A DNA stretch of 58,352 nt, taken from NCBI GenBank assembly GCA_048884965.1, contig JBHLQH010000008.1, positions 5,745-64,096 of the forward strand, read 5' to 3'. A program made the position numbers and the translations under genes. The stretch comes from Candidatus Thorarchaeota archaeon (GTDB taxonomy: Archaea; Asgardarchaeota; Thorarchaeia; Thorarchaeales; Thorarchaeaceae). Shown one piece after another: positions 57,731 to 58,352 of the stretch. Numbering within the stretch: position 1 is the first letter of the stretch; each line of letters opens with the position of its first letter. The notes below the pieces were generated by a model. It saw nothing but the letters and a program-made list of their open reading frames with translations. It did no database searches and was not told the DNA's origin.

Positions 57731-58352
57731 TTTCTCCAACAAGATGCGTCCTTTTTGCATCAGTAATGATAACATTGATGGTCCTTCCGATATCACAGAG
57801 GCCATTGATGATGACTGGTTTGTAGGAGAAGGTCCTTCCATGGACCTGTCCTGTTTTGGCCCTACTTGTTATAATGACTTCACCATTCCAGCCTATCCAT
57901 GATTTGTTTGATTCCCGCACAAGAGAATCAACATATCTGGATAGCTGCCTACTTCGATCCTTCTTGACCTGAGTGAGCACCTTCTCAGTCGATTTGGATG
58001 CCAAAGTACCAGGCCTATCTCCATATTTCGAGATGTTGATAACTGAGGGACGAGTATCTTGTAGAGCTTCTAGGGTCATTTGAAAGTCCGCATCCGTTTC
58101 ACCAGGGAATCCAACGATAATGTCTGTCGCAATAGTCGCACGAGGAAAACGAGAGGTTATGGCATGTACAACATCTTTCCATTCCTGAACAGAATATCGT
58201 CTATTCATCTTTCGTAGAATTGCATCAGACCCAGACTGAAGTGGTACGTGATAGAACTCAAAGAAACGGGGAGAGCTCATTACATCTAGAAAGGGCTCAA
58301 GTTTGTCCATTACAAGGTTGGGATTGAACATCCCAATTCGGAATCTGTGGTC
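57723..58352 (-). CDS. MiaB/MtaB-like tRNA methylthiotransferase, C-terminal part with TRAM domain (5' end outside the window)
   Basis: GMFNP, HVPLQSGSDAILRKMNRRY, TDIIVGFPGET, RPGT.A. Confidence 0.92.
   Translation of the reverse strand, partial: DHRFRIGMFNPNLVMDKLEPFLDVMSSPRFFEFYHVPLQSGSDAILRKMNRRYSVQEWKDVVHAITSRFPRATIATDIIVGFPGETDADFQMTLEALQDTRPSVINISKYGDRPGTLASKSTEKVLTQVKKDRSRQLSRYVDSLVRESNKSWIGWNGEVIITSRAKTGQVHGRTFSYKPVIINGLCDIGRTINVIITDAKRTHLVGEIT

Overview
Archaeal chromosomal segment, most consistent with an Asgard archaeon (Thorarchaeia-like). This is inferred from archaeal ribosomal proteins, a eukaryote-type topoisomerase IB and longin-domain proteins. The core is a translation superoperon (nep1 | rpp21-yhbY-S19e-PDCD5-L39e-L31e-eIF6-L18a-prefoldin-ftsY-argF-pfkB, then ftsZ-secE-spt5, L11-L1-P0-P1), flanked by accessory genes for membrane-anchored hydrolases, transporters, redox proteins and GNATs. 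There are five complete tRNAs (two with 30-nt BHB introns at non-canonical positions) and one partial tRNA. No integrase, transposase, rRNA or CRISPR array was seen. Main leads: (1) a candidate replication origin at 6483-6671 (inverted ORB-like pair around a ~92% AT stretch) with no adjacent orc1/cdc6; (2) single-gene blocks delimited by decayed copies of a tRNA 3' end at 1-2561; (3) eIF6 apparently starting at ACG, in frame with the L31e amber stop; (4) Spt5 with a zinc finger inserted in its NGN domain; (5) three candidate structured RNAs; (6) a 7TM-longin fusion. All calls come from reading motifs by eye; no database searches were run.
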